A DNA stretch of 64,000 bases from an uncultured bacterium (GCA_963696395.1 CAVOJZ010000002.1:70433-134432); one strand, 5' to 3'; shown: positions 9,090 through 19,399, numbered from the stretch's first letter. Notes: generated by a model not told the origin, from the letters alone. Program-made: numbers and translations.

Positions 9090-11399
9090 CTACTTTTTCG
9101 CCTTTGATTGGCTGGCTGCTTTCGGAACCGTGATCTCGCTCGGCGAGGGCGGGACCAGGCTCGAAGAAGCAGAATTTTGTACACTTTGGCCGGCCTGCAG
9201 GTTGGCGATGGCGTTCGCGATATCCTGATTGCCCGGATTAAGAGTTTGGACCGCCTGGAATTGTTCGAGCGCCTGGGCTGTCATACCTTTTTGCGCATAA
9301 ATGGTGCCGAGGTAATATCTGGCGTTCGCATAATCCGCATCAAGAATGATGGCGACCTGGAATTCTTCCTGCGCCTGGTCAACCTGATTGTTTTGGAGAT
9401 AGAGGTAACCAAGCTCGAACGCCACGCCGGGATCCAGCGGATTTTGCTGTTTCAATTCCTGAACCTTTGCGATTGCCTGCGAGATATTCCCCTCTTTCAA
9501 ATAAAGTTGAACCAGTAAGACGCGCGGGTCCGAATAATCGCTCTTGAGCGATATCGCTTTCTGGAGAAAAATCTCAGCATTACTCCATGCCGCCTGACGC
9601 GCAACATCGTTTGAGGCATCGGAAGAAAGAAGATTCGCAGACTCCATGTATGTTCGCCCGAGCGCAAGGTCCCACTCGGGGTTCTGAGGATCGAGGGCGG
9701 CGGCGTTCGAATAGCTTTGCTCGGCAAGCTGATCGGCACCGTTTACGACGGGCATGATGGATTCATATACCGAGCCGAGATTCCCCCAATTCACCGGATC
9801 ACGAGGAGACGTAACCGTAGCGCTCTGTGCCGCCTCAACTGCATTTGCAATGATCGGAGCGAGTTGCTGGGTGTTTGATTGATTGCCGGCAGAAGCAACC
9901 TGTTGGGCTTCCTGCAAAAGGATATTCGATGCGCCTCGCAGATATTCATCGTTCTTATCAAAACCGAGCGCTGCGCTCACTTTAGCCAAAGCTCCAGATG
10001 TGTTCCCGGACGCGGCGAGGCTATTTGCCTGTCCGAAATCAACTGCGGCGGCGTATTGCTCTCCGCCGCTGTAAGCAACTGCAAGCGAACCCGCCGCGCA
10101 AAGCATGATAATAATAGAAATCGTAAATGATACGCCACGCGAGAAATGTTGGAACGACAACTCGCGCCGCGATTCAGCTCCGAGGAAAAGGCCGATGAAC
10201 ATAAAAATAATCACGAGTTCCGCGAAAAACGCCGGATAGACGACGAGCATGGCAATAAGAAAAACGACCAGGGAGAGCACCATCGCCAAGTCGGCTTCGA
10301 GAAATTCAATTTTTAAAGCCCAATGCGCGACGATCGCGATCAGTAAAAAGAACAGGAAGAAGCCCAGGAGGCCGCCGGTTGCGAGCAGAGTGATCAAAAA
10401 GCTATAGCCTTGGGCAATGGGAGACGTATGAAATCCGGAAAAATCCAGGGAGAACGTCGCAGGACCACTTCCCGTAAGAATCCTCCACCCGTGCATCGCG
10501 GTTTGAACGGCTGCCGCAGTGGCGGACAGATCCGGACGGACATCCGGCGAAATTTTTGTGAACATCGGAAGGCGCGGACCGATCAGAGCGAAGAAGAGTG
10601 CGAGCACGATCACGACAAATGCATAGCGGAATTGTTGTTTCGGCTCAAGCCGCAAGGCCGCAAGAACAATCATGGCAACCGCGAGGGAAAGCCATAAAAA
10701 TTCCATATTCAGGAAGAAGAGCACAATGACGGCAACCGCAGCGGCTGAGAAAAATATTCTCTTTTGATTGATCGAAAGAGATTCCAGGTCAGCGCCTGCC
10801 AGTGCCGCAATGCCACCCACAAGCAAAATCCCCCACTCGGTAAACGATCCGACCGGGCTTTGTAGTGCGATGAGGCCGAAGATTCCAAGAAGGCTGATTA
10901 CCGAAGCGATCGCCAGTCCCGCCGCCATAAATCCGCCCGCTTTTGCAATGTCAGCCCGCCGAAAGAAAAAGAATGAAAGGTAGAAAATGCCTGCGACGAT
11001 TGCGATCCCCAGGAACGAATCCGGGCTGGTAAAATGGCCGTACAAACTTTGATACCTGTCCATTGAAAAGTACGCACTTATTCCTTCGATCGCGATAAAG
11101 AAAATGAGAATAAATGAAAACCACGATCGTGGATATTCGATTTTCCGCTCTTCAAACAAACAACCAAGAAAACAAACGAAAGCGATGAGCGAAAGGAGCC
11201 CGATCATCATTAACTTGTTCGTCCCCACAGGATCTTCTGTGGCGGGAAGGAAAAACAATGGGGCGAGGAATGCGATAAGAAAAAGGCATGTCCGTCCTGC
11301 TGTTCTCATATACTTGGTCCGCGTATGGGCATGCGGACGCGGAACCGGAAGCGATCCTCCGTAAACTTCAACTTCCTCGATCTCGATTCTTTCTCTCAT
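9090..11399 (-). CDS. O-antigen ligase-like (Wzy_C) polytopic membrane protein with C-terminal TPRs
   Basis: About 12 TM segments, GSGPATF and LATGGLLG motifs, TPRs (DYANARYYLG). Confidence 0.75.
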   Translation of the reverse strand: MRERIEIEEVEVYGGSLPVPRPHAHTRTKYMRTAGRTCLFLIAFLAPLFFLPATEDPVGTNKLMMIGLLSLIAFVCFLGCLFEERKIEYPRSWFSFILIFFIAIEGISAYFSMDRYQSLYGHFTSPDSFLGIAIVAGIFYLSFFFFRRADIAKAGGFMAAGLAIASVISLLGIFGLIALQSPVGSFTEWGILLVGGIAALAGADLESLSINQKRIFFSAAAVAVIVLFFLNMEFLWLSLAVAMIVLAALRLEPKQQFRYAFVVIVLALFFALIGPRLPMFTKISPDVRPDLSATAAAVQTAMHGWRILTGSGPATFSLDFSGFHTSPIAQGYSFLITLLATGGLLGFFLFFLLIAIVAHWALKIEFLEADLAMVLSLVVFLIAMLVVYPAFFAELVIIFMFIGLFLGAESRRELSFQHFSRGVSFTISIIIMLCAAGSLAVAYSGGEQYAAAVDFGQANSLAASGNTSGALAKVSAALGFDKNDEYLRGASNILLQEAQQVASAGNQSNTQQLAPIIANAVEAAQSATVTSPRDPVNWGNLGSVYESIMPVVNGADQLAEQSYSNAAALDPQNPEWDLALGRTYMESANLLSSDASNDVARQAAWSNAEIFLQKAISLKSDYSDPRVLLVQLYLKEGNISQAIAKVQELKQQNPLDPGVAFELGYLYLQNNQVDQAQEEFQVAIILDADYANARYYLGTIYAQKGMTAQALEQFQAVQTLNPGNQDIANAIANLQAGQSVQNSASSSLVPPSPSEITVPKAASQSKAKK

Positions 11400-11411
11400 T
11401 GATTCGCCATA

Positions 11412-14400
11412 TTAGTCGCCGGACGGAGCTGAATCCTGTGTTGGTGCCGGAGTTGCGGCCGGAGCTGGAGTTGAAGCGGGCGTGGGCGCTGGTGCCACTG
11501 GAGCCGGAGCTTGAGTCGAATCTGAAGTTGAATCTGTGGTTGAGCCTGTCGTTGGATCCGGTGTCGGAGCCGGAGCCTGCACGGTCGTTGAAGCAACATC
11601 CGTCGGAGGAGCAACGTCACCGCTCGTCGAGGAAGCGTCGGTCGAAGAAGAATTGCTTGGCGGAGTTAGATCGGTGCTTGAAGCGGCAGGGGTGCCACCA
11701 CCATTATCTCCACCACCGCTATCCGGCGGTGTTACCGGTGGCGGAACGATCGTGGTGCCGGAACCGCTGCCACCGCCAGAACCCGAATTGGTTCCGCTTG
11801 CGATGCGCAGAAGCGCGCCGAGCTGGTCGCTATTGATACAAACATTTTGCACGCAAAGCACATTGGTCGTCACCGTCTGCGCAACAATTCCCTTGAGCGT
11901 GGCGACGCCATTCGTAATAACAACGCCGAGATTTGAAAGCGCAGTCTGAATATATTGCGTTATTTGTTCAATCGACATCTGCGGACCGCCGGGGGCCAAT
12001 CCAACCGGCGTCCATGGCGACGAAGAAGATCCGTTCGTGACATTGCCGGGCGCCCAGTGCGGGTTTATGAAAACCAGAATTTCAGGGGTTGTGGTTGCAA
12101 GCGGATCATCGGGGCCGCTGTAGGCCTGGAGCGCCTCCCCGATCACGGTTCCGGGACCGGTGGCGAGAACCGCAACTCCGGGGTTAATAATAGAGGCGGC
12201 GAGAAGATCCCCCGGCACGATTGGTCCGTTTGCCGCAGAAATCTTAACCGGCACACGACCGGCAAGCGCAACTACCGCTTCCGTTGAAGTGGTCAATTCA
12301 TCGTTCGCTCCGGCAAGATACGTATTGCCATTGTCAAAAACGAGGCCAGGATTTGTGGAAACGACACCGATCACAGTTTCACCATCGCCGCCTCGCGATT
12401 TTTGGAGTGCAACGACGGTTGATGTTGCACTGGAAGAAGTTGCATCAATTGGAATGGCGACGATGTCACCGGCCTCGGTCGGCTCGCGGGTTGGGTATGA
12501 TTCGGCAAGGTCCATGTTACATGAGCCGCTCGAAGTGCTGTTGAAACCTCCGCTTGAAAGACATTGACCCAGAAAACCTCCGGTCGCTTGAATAGTTCCG
12601 GAAGCGCTTAACGCAAAGCCCGGAGTTGTTGTCCCGATGCCGATATTCCCCGTTGAACTGGAATAGAAAAGTGTAGACGTGGCGGATAGCGTACTTGTCG
12701 ATGTGAAAAACGGGAAGTAAAAGTTTGAGCTGGTTGCCGCTGTGCCGACGCCGCCAATAATGCCGGTCACGACGGTGGTCGTTCCCGCAACCAATGTGGT
12801 TTGCACCGAGTTAACTGTTGAAGATTCCGCCGTCGTTGCGCCGTCACGAAGATCAACCTCAAGAGTCTGGTTAACGGTTGAGTCAACGGTGCTTACGCCG
12901 CCGCTTGCCGTTGAAGAACCCGACGCTCCAGTACCTGCTCCTATATTTACAGCAAGTGCACCGATCTGGTTATTGGTGGTGGCAGAAGCATTCGACAGAT
13001 AGAACGTCGCATTCCAACCCGTTTTGTTTCCTGAAGCAGGGAGAGTGTTGCTTGTTGAACTTGAAAGCAGTTGGCCGCCGTAATACACGAGCCAACTGAG
13101 AGGATGCGTTGTCGGCACTAATACCGTACCAAACAGATCCACGCGAATATATGCGCCCGCCGTGCCGAGCGTATTTCCAGGAACGGTATATTTATAGACC
13201 GACGTGCTCGCAACCGTTCCCTGAACCATCACGACCGTCGTCGTTGCATCAAGTTGTTTTGAATATGAAATGGTGCTTGTCGTGAAGCTTATCCCGCTGC
13301 TCAGGTAACCTCCTCCTCCGCCACCACCGGTAGCGGTCAATGTGCCGGCACTGAGCGATAACCCCGAGCCGATGCCTAATGCCCCAACGAGTCCGTTCGA
13401 ACTCGCATATAAAATTGAAGCTGTTGGCGTCCCGATGGTAAGTGCACCGGAGCTTGCCACATTGAATATTGTTGATGAGTTATTTTGAAATGTAAGATAC
13501 GAGCCGTTGAATCCTGGCCCGGTATTGATGCCGATGTACGTGCCGGAACCGTTGGCAAGATTTTGCGTGCTCGAACCAAGCGAAAGAAGCGCGGTACTCG
13601 TGCTCTGTAGGGGCCCGCCAAGAATCGATATTGCCTTATCCCATCCTGTGCCAATTTGAATGCCAGTTTCCGTTCCGGGCCCTGGATTCGCCAGGGAATC
13701 TATTTTTATTCCGTTTTCATTCACTCCCGCCGCCGTCGTGCTTTGGGAAACAATACGCAATCCGCTCCAGGTACCGGAGGCACCGGGTGCAATATCAATA
13801 CGCTCTGCGGCGGACTCAATCCCGCCAGTGCCAGCGCCCCCGACGTAAAAAACGGATAGCGCGTTCACGCCGGCGGTATTCACGGCCGTTGCTGATGCGT
13901 TTGCGATGTGGAATAAATCCTGCGTCGGAACGGCGGTCGCAAAAATATTCGACGAGGTGGCTCCATTTTCATTAATGTCCATTGCTCCGCTTGAGGCTAC
14001 TGAAAACAATGTACTTGAATTATTTTGGAATGCTGCATAAAGACCATTGAATCCTGCGCCGGTGTTGATGCCAATGTACGTGCCGGAACCGTTGGCAAGA
14101 TTTTGCGTACTTGAACCAAGCGAGAGGAGCGCTGTGCTTGTGCTAAAAGTCGGCGCACCATCAAGGGAGAGATATCCGGATCCCGTGTAGTTAGTCGAAG
14201 AAACGCTGCCGATCAGAAGGTTTCCTGTTCCCGTGGCGTTAATGAATGACAGGCCTGTCGAAGAAACGGCGTTGGCTGTTATAGTCCCTACAACCTGAAG
14301 GGCAGAAGATGGCTGCGAGGTTCCGATGCCCACCGCGCCGCTACTGAGGACTGAAAAAATCGGGCTTGTGCTTGCGATATAGAGAAACGAATTGGCAAGG

Positions 14401-14867
14401 CTGGTCGAGGTTCCTTCTGTAACACTCCCGGAGGTTGCCACCTGAAAGATATCTGTTCCGTTGGGATATTCAACGCCAAAACTTCCAATAACATCTTCCG
14501 TCTCCGGAGATAGATCGGCAGCAGACGTTGCTCCGACAAGCAGGTTCCCGCCGATTTGGAATGTTGATGATGCGGCGTTCCAATACAGGCTTGATGTATT
14601 GGCCGAAACGGTTCCGCTCGTATCATTCATGTAGAGAACACCACCCATCGGCAATGTTGTAGTTGAAAAAAGAGGCGGCAAAACCGTGCAATTAGTGTCT
14701 GTGGGCGCGCAAGAAGGGTTAAGCGTCTCTCCGGGCGTAAAGGGACTCGTCGGAGGGTCGGCAAATGCTTTCATGGTGAAGGAAAGCAAGAGATATACCC
14801 CAAAAATTACTGCGCAAATGCCCAAAAACCGACCCCTTCCGTTGCGCGTGGTTTGTTCGGAAATCAT
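11412..14867 (-). CDS. Large S/T/G-rich surface fibre with peptidase G2-like intramolecular chaperone domain
   Basis: N-terminal TM; GNIGIGTTTP repeats; DLAESY..GDIV..IGVVSTNPG..VALAGRVPVK..PGDLL..IGEAL; Pro/Thr tail. Confidence 0.72.
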   Translation of the reverse strand: MISEQTTRNGRGRFLGICAVIFGVYLLLSFTMKAFADPPTSPFTPGETLNPSCAPTDTNCTVLPPLFSTTTLPMGGVLYMNDTSGTVSANTSSLYWNAASSTFQIGGNLLVGATSAADLSPETEDVIGSFGVEYPNGTDIFQVATSGSVTEGTSTSLANSFLYIASTSPIFSVLSSGAVGIGTSQPSSALQVVGTITANAVSSTGLSFINATGTGNLLIGSVSSTNYTGSGYLSLDGAPTFSTSTALLSLGSSTQNLANGSGTYIGINTGAGFNGLYAAFQNNSSTLFSVASSGAMDINENGATSSNIFATAVPTQDLFHIANASATAVNTAGVNALSVFYVGGAGTGGIESAAERIDIAPGASGTWSGLRIVSQSTTAAGVNENGIKIDSLANPGPGTETGIQIGTGWDKAISILGGPLQSTSTALLSLGSSTQNLANGSGTYIGINTGPGFNGSYLTFQNNSSTIFNVASSGALTIGTPTASILYASSNGLVGALGIGSGLSLSAGTLTATGGGGGGGYLSSGISFTTSTISYSKQLDATTTVVMVQGTVASTSVYKYTVPGNTLGTAGAYIRVDLFGTVLVPTTHPLSWLVYYGGQLLSSSTSNTLPASGNKTGWNATFYLSNASATTNNQIGALAVNIGAGTGASGSSTASGGVSTVDSTVNQTLEVDLRDGATTAESSTVNSVQTTLVAGTTTVVTGIIGGVGTAATSSNFYFPFFTSTSTLSATSTLFYSSSTGNIGIGTTTPGFALSASGTIQATGGFLGQCLSSGGFNSTSSGSCNMDLAESYPTREPTEAGDIVAIPIDATSSSATSTVVALQKSRGGDGETVIGVVSTNPGLVFDNGNTYLAGANDELTTSTEAVVALAGRVPVKISAANGPIVPGDLLAASIINPGVAVLATGPGTVIGEALQAYSGPDDPLATTTPEILVFINPHWAPGNVTNGSSSSPWTPVGLAPGGPQMSIEQITQYIQTALSNLGVVITNGVATLKGIVAQTVTTNVLCVQNVCINSDQLGALLRIASGTNSGSGGGSGSGTTIVPPPVTPPDSGGGDNGGGTPAASSTDLTPPSNSSSTDASSTSGDVAPPTDVASTTVQAPAPTPDPTTGSTTDSTSDSTQAPAPVAPAPTPASTPAPAATPAPTQDSAPSGD
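13445..14140. repeat. Two internal copies (~155 bp, 540 bp apart) encoding STALLSLGSSTQNLANGSGTYIGINTG..FQNNSST
   Basis: Identical 20-mer tgccggaaccgttggcaaga at 13541 and 14081; repeat visible in the protein. Confidence 0.9.
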
Positions 14868-14984
14868 TGGTAAAGTAAGGAAACTTTGCGCATGAAGACG
14901 CAAAAATCCTTACTCTAATTGTACCACGCGAAGAAGCCCATTTTCTGTGGAGAGCGAGCTACTGTGTACAAAAACGGAGATTTT

Positions 14985-15581
14985 TTAACTGATTTTGACG
15001 TTATCCCAGTTCACAACGTTCCACCATGCTTCGATATAATCAGGTCGCTTGTTCTGATACTTCAGATAATACGCGTGCTCCCAAACATCAAGACCAAGAA
15101 CCGGCTTTTGCATCTTCATGAGCGGGCTATCCTGGTTTGCCGTCGTTGTTATTGTAAGCTTCCCCTTTTCATCGAGCACGAGCCACGCCCAGCCCGATCC
15201 AAAAACACCCGTTGCTGCTTTATTAAATGCTTCTTTGAATGTCGCGAAGTCTTTAAAAGCGTTTTGAATCGCCTTTGCGGTCCCGCCTTTCGGCTCGCCA
15301 CCGGCATTCGGTCCCATGATCGTCCAAAAGAAGGAATGATTCATGTGTCCCCCGCCATGATTTCGCACGGCCGTCCGAATTTCCTCCGGAACCGCATCAA
15401 TATTTGCAAGGAGCTTCTCAAGCGGCTCATCCGCAATTTCAGGATGCTTCTCAAGCGCTTCATTCAGCTTTGTCACATAGGTTTGATGATGCTTTGTGTA
15501 GTGCAGTTCCATAGTCTTCGCATCAATGTATGGCTCCAGCGCATCATAAGCATACGGCAGTTTTGGCAGTTCGTATTTCAT
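14985..15581 (-). CDS. sodA: Superoxide dismutase, Mn-type
   Basis: LHYTKHH, GGHMNH, NQD and DVWEHAYY motifs. Confidence 0.96.
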   Translation of the reverse strand: MKYELPKLPYAYDALEPYIDAKTMELHYTKHHQTYVTKLNEALEKHPEIADEPLEKLLANIDAVPEEIRTAVRNHGGGHMNHSFFWTIMGPNAGGEPKGGTAKAIQNAFKDFATFKEAFNKAATGVFGSGWAWLVLDEKGKLTITTTANQDSPLMKMQKPVLGLDVWEHAYYLKYQNKRPDYIEAWWNVVNWDNVKIS

Positions 15582-15651
15582 AAATTTAAATTATTTTTCT
15601 TGCGACTCCTTTCTCTTTATAATACACTAAACGAGCTTAATTCGTTTCAAT

Positions 15652-15722
15652 TGGGGGGTCGTCTAACGGTAGGACAGCGCCCTTTGGAGGCGTTTATCGG
15701 GGTTCGAATCCCTGCCCCCCAG
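15652..15722 (+). tRNA. tRNA-Gln(UUG), CCA not encoded
   Basis: Acceptor TGGGGGG/CCCCCCA, anticodon arm GCGCC-CTTTGGA-GGCGT, T-loop GTTCGAATC. Confidence 0.95.
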
Positions 15723-15994
15723 CCCTCATGTGGTTAGTCCGTGCAAACTGGGTCGCCTGATTTTATGCGGCCTCGCGAGCCGGTGTCCGAAACCAGGACG
15801 GGTCGACCCGACTGGGATTCGAACTTGGCTCTGCGCGAATTGATTTTACAGGATTCTTGAAAAAGAATTTTCGTCGAAAAAAACCACCCGACTTGGAATC
15901 GAACTAAAATATCATCTAACTTTCGTCGCAAAGATCTCGCATCACTTGAGTGATTTCAGAAGCTCTTGGACGACATTTGAACCTCCGCAGTATT

Positions 15995-16921
15995 TCACCG
16001 AGCTAGATCATCTTCCACGTTCTGCTGTAATGCTTCGAAGACAAGATCGGGCATCTTATCCTCCGCTCCATCAATCACGCCGAAGTTGCGATCCATTTCA
16101 ATTAAAAAACGATTGACGTCTATCGTCCTCTCATCGAAAGTCTTTTCATCTTTTGGTCGGAGGGCTCCTCTCTCATTTTCCTCAAAACCATAAAAATCGC
16201 TAAACCATTCCCATGGGGTAGCGTGTCCGTCGTAGAGCATATAGGCCTCCTCTTGCGTAAGCTTATCAAGAGAAACCGGATCGGCCACTATTTGTACATC
16301 TGCAATGCCAGCCGAATTCGCCCATTCTTTTAAATAGGCCGCATATTCCGTGTCCGGCTGATGGCCCCTCCCATCTTTGGAACTGACCCCTTTGTTGGGT
16401 AAATCAAAGGAGCTGGGGAAATGATCGGAAATGAGGGGCTCTACGATATACAGGCGTTTAATTTTATTCCCGCTCTTTTCCTGAGCTTTCCTGAACATGG
16501 CCGAAAACAGCCTGCCCTCCATTTCCACCTGTTGCTCATGAGAAAGCTTTCTAAAATCTGGGCTTTTCCAATCGACTCCCAACACCGCCTTTGAAGTTGT
16601 CTCATATTCCAGATCTTCAAATGTAAATTTTGGGTATTCTCCCGTCGAGCGTTCGAAAGTTTGATCGGCGATGATGTCTCCCTTGATGTCGCCCTTGAAT
16701 TTTTCGTACTCTGACCTGATCTCCTCCTCGGGGGTGCCCATCGGGAATACTCGCACATCAATATTCACCCCTCGTTGAATCAACCGGTCTTTCATTTTCT
16801 CCACGATAGGAGGAAGTGTCTTATTGTCTCGATAGATGATGGTAACACTACCATCTTTAAAGAATTCTCTGAATTTATTCTCTGTCTCAGATTGCCGAAA
16901 CTCTGGGTTAGCGTCAGTCAT
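15995..16921 (-). CDS. Hypothetical soluble protein
   Basis: 308-aa ORF with normal charged composition; start at MTDANPEF; no motif recognised. Confidence 0.7.
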   Translation of the reverse strand: MTDANPEFRQSETENKFREFFKDGSVTIIYRDNKTLPPIVEKMKDRLIQRGVNIDVRVFPMGTPEEEIRSEYEKFKGDIKGDIIADQTFERSTGEYPKFTFEDLEYETTSKAVLGVDWKSPDFRKLSHEQQVEMEGRLFSAMFRKAQEKSGNKIKRLYIVEPLISDHFPSSFDLPNKGVSSKDGRGHQPDTEYAAYLKEWANSAGIADVQIVADPVSLDKLTQEEAYMLYDGHATPWEWFSDFYGFEENERGALRPKDEKTFDERTIDVNRFLIEMDRNFGVIDGAEDKMPDLVFEALQQNVEDDLAR

Positions 16922-17108
16922 GGCATTTATTATTGGGGAGCAGATGAGATTAGTCAACCTTGATGTCGCTACACGCGGGCGTGGACAGAATACCGCCGCC
17001 TCGACCAATTTAACCACCCGGTCTTGGAATCGAACCAGAAAAAATATGTCTCGATCGCAACAAAAAAGCGAGTCCTCACGAAGAGAACTCGCCTAAACCC
17101 ACAACCCA

Positions 17109-18380
17109 CTAATGTGCTTTGCCGTCTAACACGTTGATCCCTGGCAAAAATGGTATTGCCAGTGATATGACGCCAAGACAGATACCGCATAGAGAAAGTT
17201 CCAAGGGGCATCCCCAACGATTCGCGATATACCCGCCTCCGAAAGAGCCAAGCACGACTCCGCCGTAGAAGAAGGTAAACGTAAACCCCATCACGATTCC
17301 CGCTAGCTCCCCCTTTGCAAGGTGGATCGTCGAAGATCGCAGGGTTGAGAAGCTCAGCATGACGCCGAATCCCGCAATGAAAAGAAGTGCTATCGCGAGA
17401 CGTACATCACTCGTCCGCGCCAGAACGAACAAGGACGCTCCCAGAAGCGTTGTGCCGATGAGGACAAAAAGCTTGTGGGGGAACCGTTCATCGAACTTGA
17501 TGACGGTGAGCGATCCAACGAACGTTCCGATACCCGACGCTGCCGCGAGGTGGCTGTAAACGATTGGATTCCTTCCAAACATATCTCGGGCGATGACCGC
17601 AAGAATGGCATAGTAAGAGAATCCGCACGCCGACACAGCGAAGGTAAGCAGGATGCAGATGGTGATTCCCGCATCGTGGAACGTGTACCGCGCACCGCTC
17701 AGAACAAGATTCCACGTCCCCGCTTCTTCGAGTTTCGCCGAGGCAGTTCGTATCGCTTTCGGCACGAGCTTCATCTTTACTAAGGCAACGATAAGCACCA
17801 CGAACGAGAGGCTATTTAGGAGGAAGGTGAACGGATACCCGCAATACAGCACGAGGTATCCAGCAAACCCAGGGCCCGCGACTTGCGCCAGATTGTAAAG
17901 CGACGTGAACCACTTCGAGGCTGGCCGCACGTTGTGCTCGTGGAGCACTGCATCTTTCACAATTACGTTGCGTCCTGGACCGTCAATCGCGTTCACGATG
18001 CCCATCAAGGCCGCCAAACCGATGACTTCATGAACGGTGATTCGGTTGGCGTATGTGAGGAGCGCAAGAACCGCCGATTGAGCAGTTCCGAGCAATCCGG
18101 TTGCAATGAGGATGCGCTTCTTACAGAAACGATCCAGGAGAATACCTGCAAATGGTCCGAGAAAAACTCCCGGAAGTAGGTTGAGTGCCGCAACGACACC
18201 CACCCAGTATGCGGCATCCACCTTGCCGGTAAGCTTGATGATGAGCAGTGACAAAACGGCCGCTTGCAGCATTGACCCCGTGAGGGAGACAAGCTGTCCC
18301 CCGAGATACCACCGCATGTTCCGTTCGCCAAAAACTCCTACTTTCGGAGCTTGCGGCGATCCAAGCGTCATAGCTGCCAT
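17109..18380 (-). CDS. MFS transporter (MFS_3/DUF894-like)
   Basis: GQLVSLTG, AGILLDRFCKKRIL motif A, 12 TM segments. Confidence 0.88.
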   Translation of the reverse strand: MAAMTLGSPQAPKVGVFGERNMRWYLGGQLVSLTGSMLQAAVLSLLIIKLTGKVDAAYWVGVVAALNLLPGVFLGPFAGILLDRFCKKRILIATGLLGTAQSAVLALLTYANRITVHEVIGLAALMGIVNAIDGPGRNVIVKDAVLHEHNVRPASKWFTSLYNLAQVAGPGFAGYLVLYCGYPFTFLLNSLSFVVLIVALVKMKLVPKAIRTASAKLEEAGTWNLVLSGARYTFHDAGITICILLTFAVSACGFSYYAILAVIARDMFGRNPIVYSHLAAASGIGTFVGSLTVIKFDERFPHKLFVLIGTTLLGASLFVLARTSDVRLAIALLFIAGFGVMLSFSTLRSSTIHLAKGELAGIVMGFTFTFFYGGVVLGSFGGGYIANRWGCPLELSLCGICLGVISLAIPFLPGINVLDGKAH

Positions 18381-18431
18381 GTCAAAGAACCTTTCTGCAG
18401 GAAAATTTCCTGCCGTTAATTCCCGGCCCTC

Positions 18432-18460
18432 ATGATAACATGAAAATTATTTATTGTAAA
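18432..18460 (-). promoter_or_regulatory. Sigma70 promoter of the MFS gene
   Basis: TTTACA-17-TATCAT. Confidence 0.6.
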
Positions 18461-18659
18461 GAAATTACGGGCCTTTCGAGGAAGAAACAATGATGACCCG
18501 ACTCGGAATCGAACCTTCGTCGGGGCAAAATCGGAAAGAAATGAGAACAAAAATGCAGGTTTAATGGGATTAAAATACGGCGAAGTCCGATTGTAAGCGC
18601 AGCAGCAAGGTGCCAAAAGTTTCTTGCGGAGATACCCCTAAAATATGAGCTGAGGAATG

Positions 18660-19355
18660 CTAAGAATTAAATTGCAACGTTCCAAGCAGTGAATTTTCAA
18701 AAGTACTAACATCACCGCTTAAATCTGATAACGCCCAATCGAACTCGACGCCCCAGCATGCCCCGTTGTGATATGACTGGTATTCATCGTACGAACTATC
18801 GCCGGGGCCTACAATCGTCTCATACCACGTAAGGCCGTTGATCGTTGTGCTTGCTATGGAACCATACGAAAGGTCCTCGCAATTACTTACGCCTTCGGTC
18901 GCTCCGTACGTCACGTTAATCGATTGGAGGTTTGCATCAAGAGAAGGCACTATCCAGCCAGCCTCTTTGTTTGGAGCATCTGCCTCGACTATCTCTTGAG
19001 ATAGATAAGAATTGGTGCCCCTCCCTGCTTTATTGTTCACGATAAAATTACCTGGATACTCAAAAGAAAACCCACCACTGGGATCGTTATACGTTTTTAC
19101 GGAAGCCGTGAACGAGATCAATGGCGCAGGCACCACCTCGCTACCGGCTGAAGACGTTGCCCCAGGAGAAGTACTTGTATTTTCTGAGTATGATGGTGTT
19201 GGTGCACCGCTGTCAGTTGATACCTGTACATTCTGACTTGATGAAGGAGAAACCTTGGATTGATCTGCTTTGTAATACCAAATCCCGGCAATCGCTAAAA
19301 CGACCAGAGCACTGGCAACGATAATCGAGAGAGATCCAAAACCTTGGCGGTACAT
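18660..19355 (-). CDS. Membrane-anchored PsbP-like protein with pilin-like leader
   Basis: MYRQGF followed by a hydrophobic helix; KTYNDPSGGFSFEYP motif. Confidence 0.6.
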   Translation of the reverse strand: MYRQGFGSLSIIVASALVVLAIAGIWYYKADQSKVSPSSSQNVQVSTDSGAPTPSYSENTSTSPGATSSAGSEVVPAPLISFTASVKTYNDPSGGFSFEYPGNFIVNNKAGRGTNSYLSQEIVEADAPNKEAGWIVPSLDANLQSINVTYGATEGVSNCEDLSYGSIASTTINGLTWYETIVGPGDSSYDEYQSYHNGACWGVEFDWALSDLSGDVSTFENSLLGTLQFNS

Positions 19356-19399
19356 TACTTTAACTTTAGCAAATTGACCTCTTTTGCTCTGTACAAACA

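Larger units (their letters stand above)
15805..18514 (-). repeat. Four dispersed ~20-bp tRNA-3'-end-like sites (15805, 15885, 17015, 18495)
   Basis: Plus-strand consensus SACCCGACTNGGAWTCGAAC (copy 3 has one substitution and one insertion); reverse complement reads as T-loop + T-stem + acceptor 3' strand. Confidence 0.75.

Noticed and set aside
11288-11949. Repetitive ORFs in alternative frames (182, 74 and 137 aa)
   Set aside because: By-products of the low-complexity Pro/Thr/Ser tail of the fibre gene
14919-15737. 272-aa plus-strand ORF
   Set aside because: Antisense shadow of sodA that runs through the tRNA
15805-18514. CRISPR array or integron attC sites
   Set aside because: Spacing is irregular (80 bp to 1.5 kb), no cas or intI gene, and no RYYYAAC...GTTRRRY palindromes
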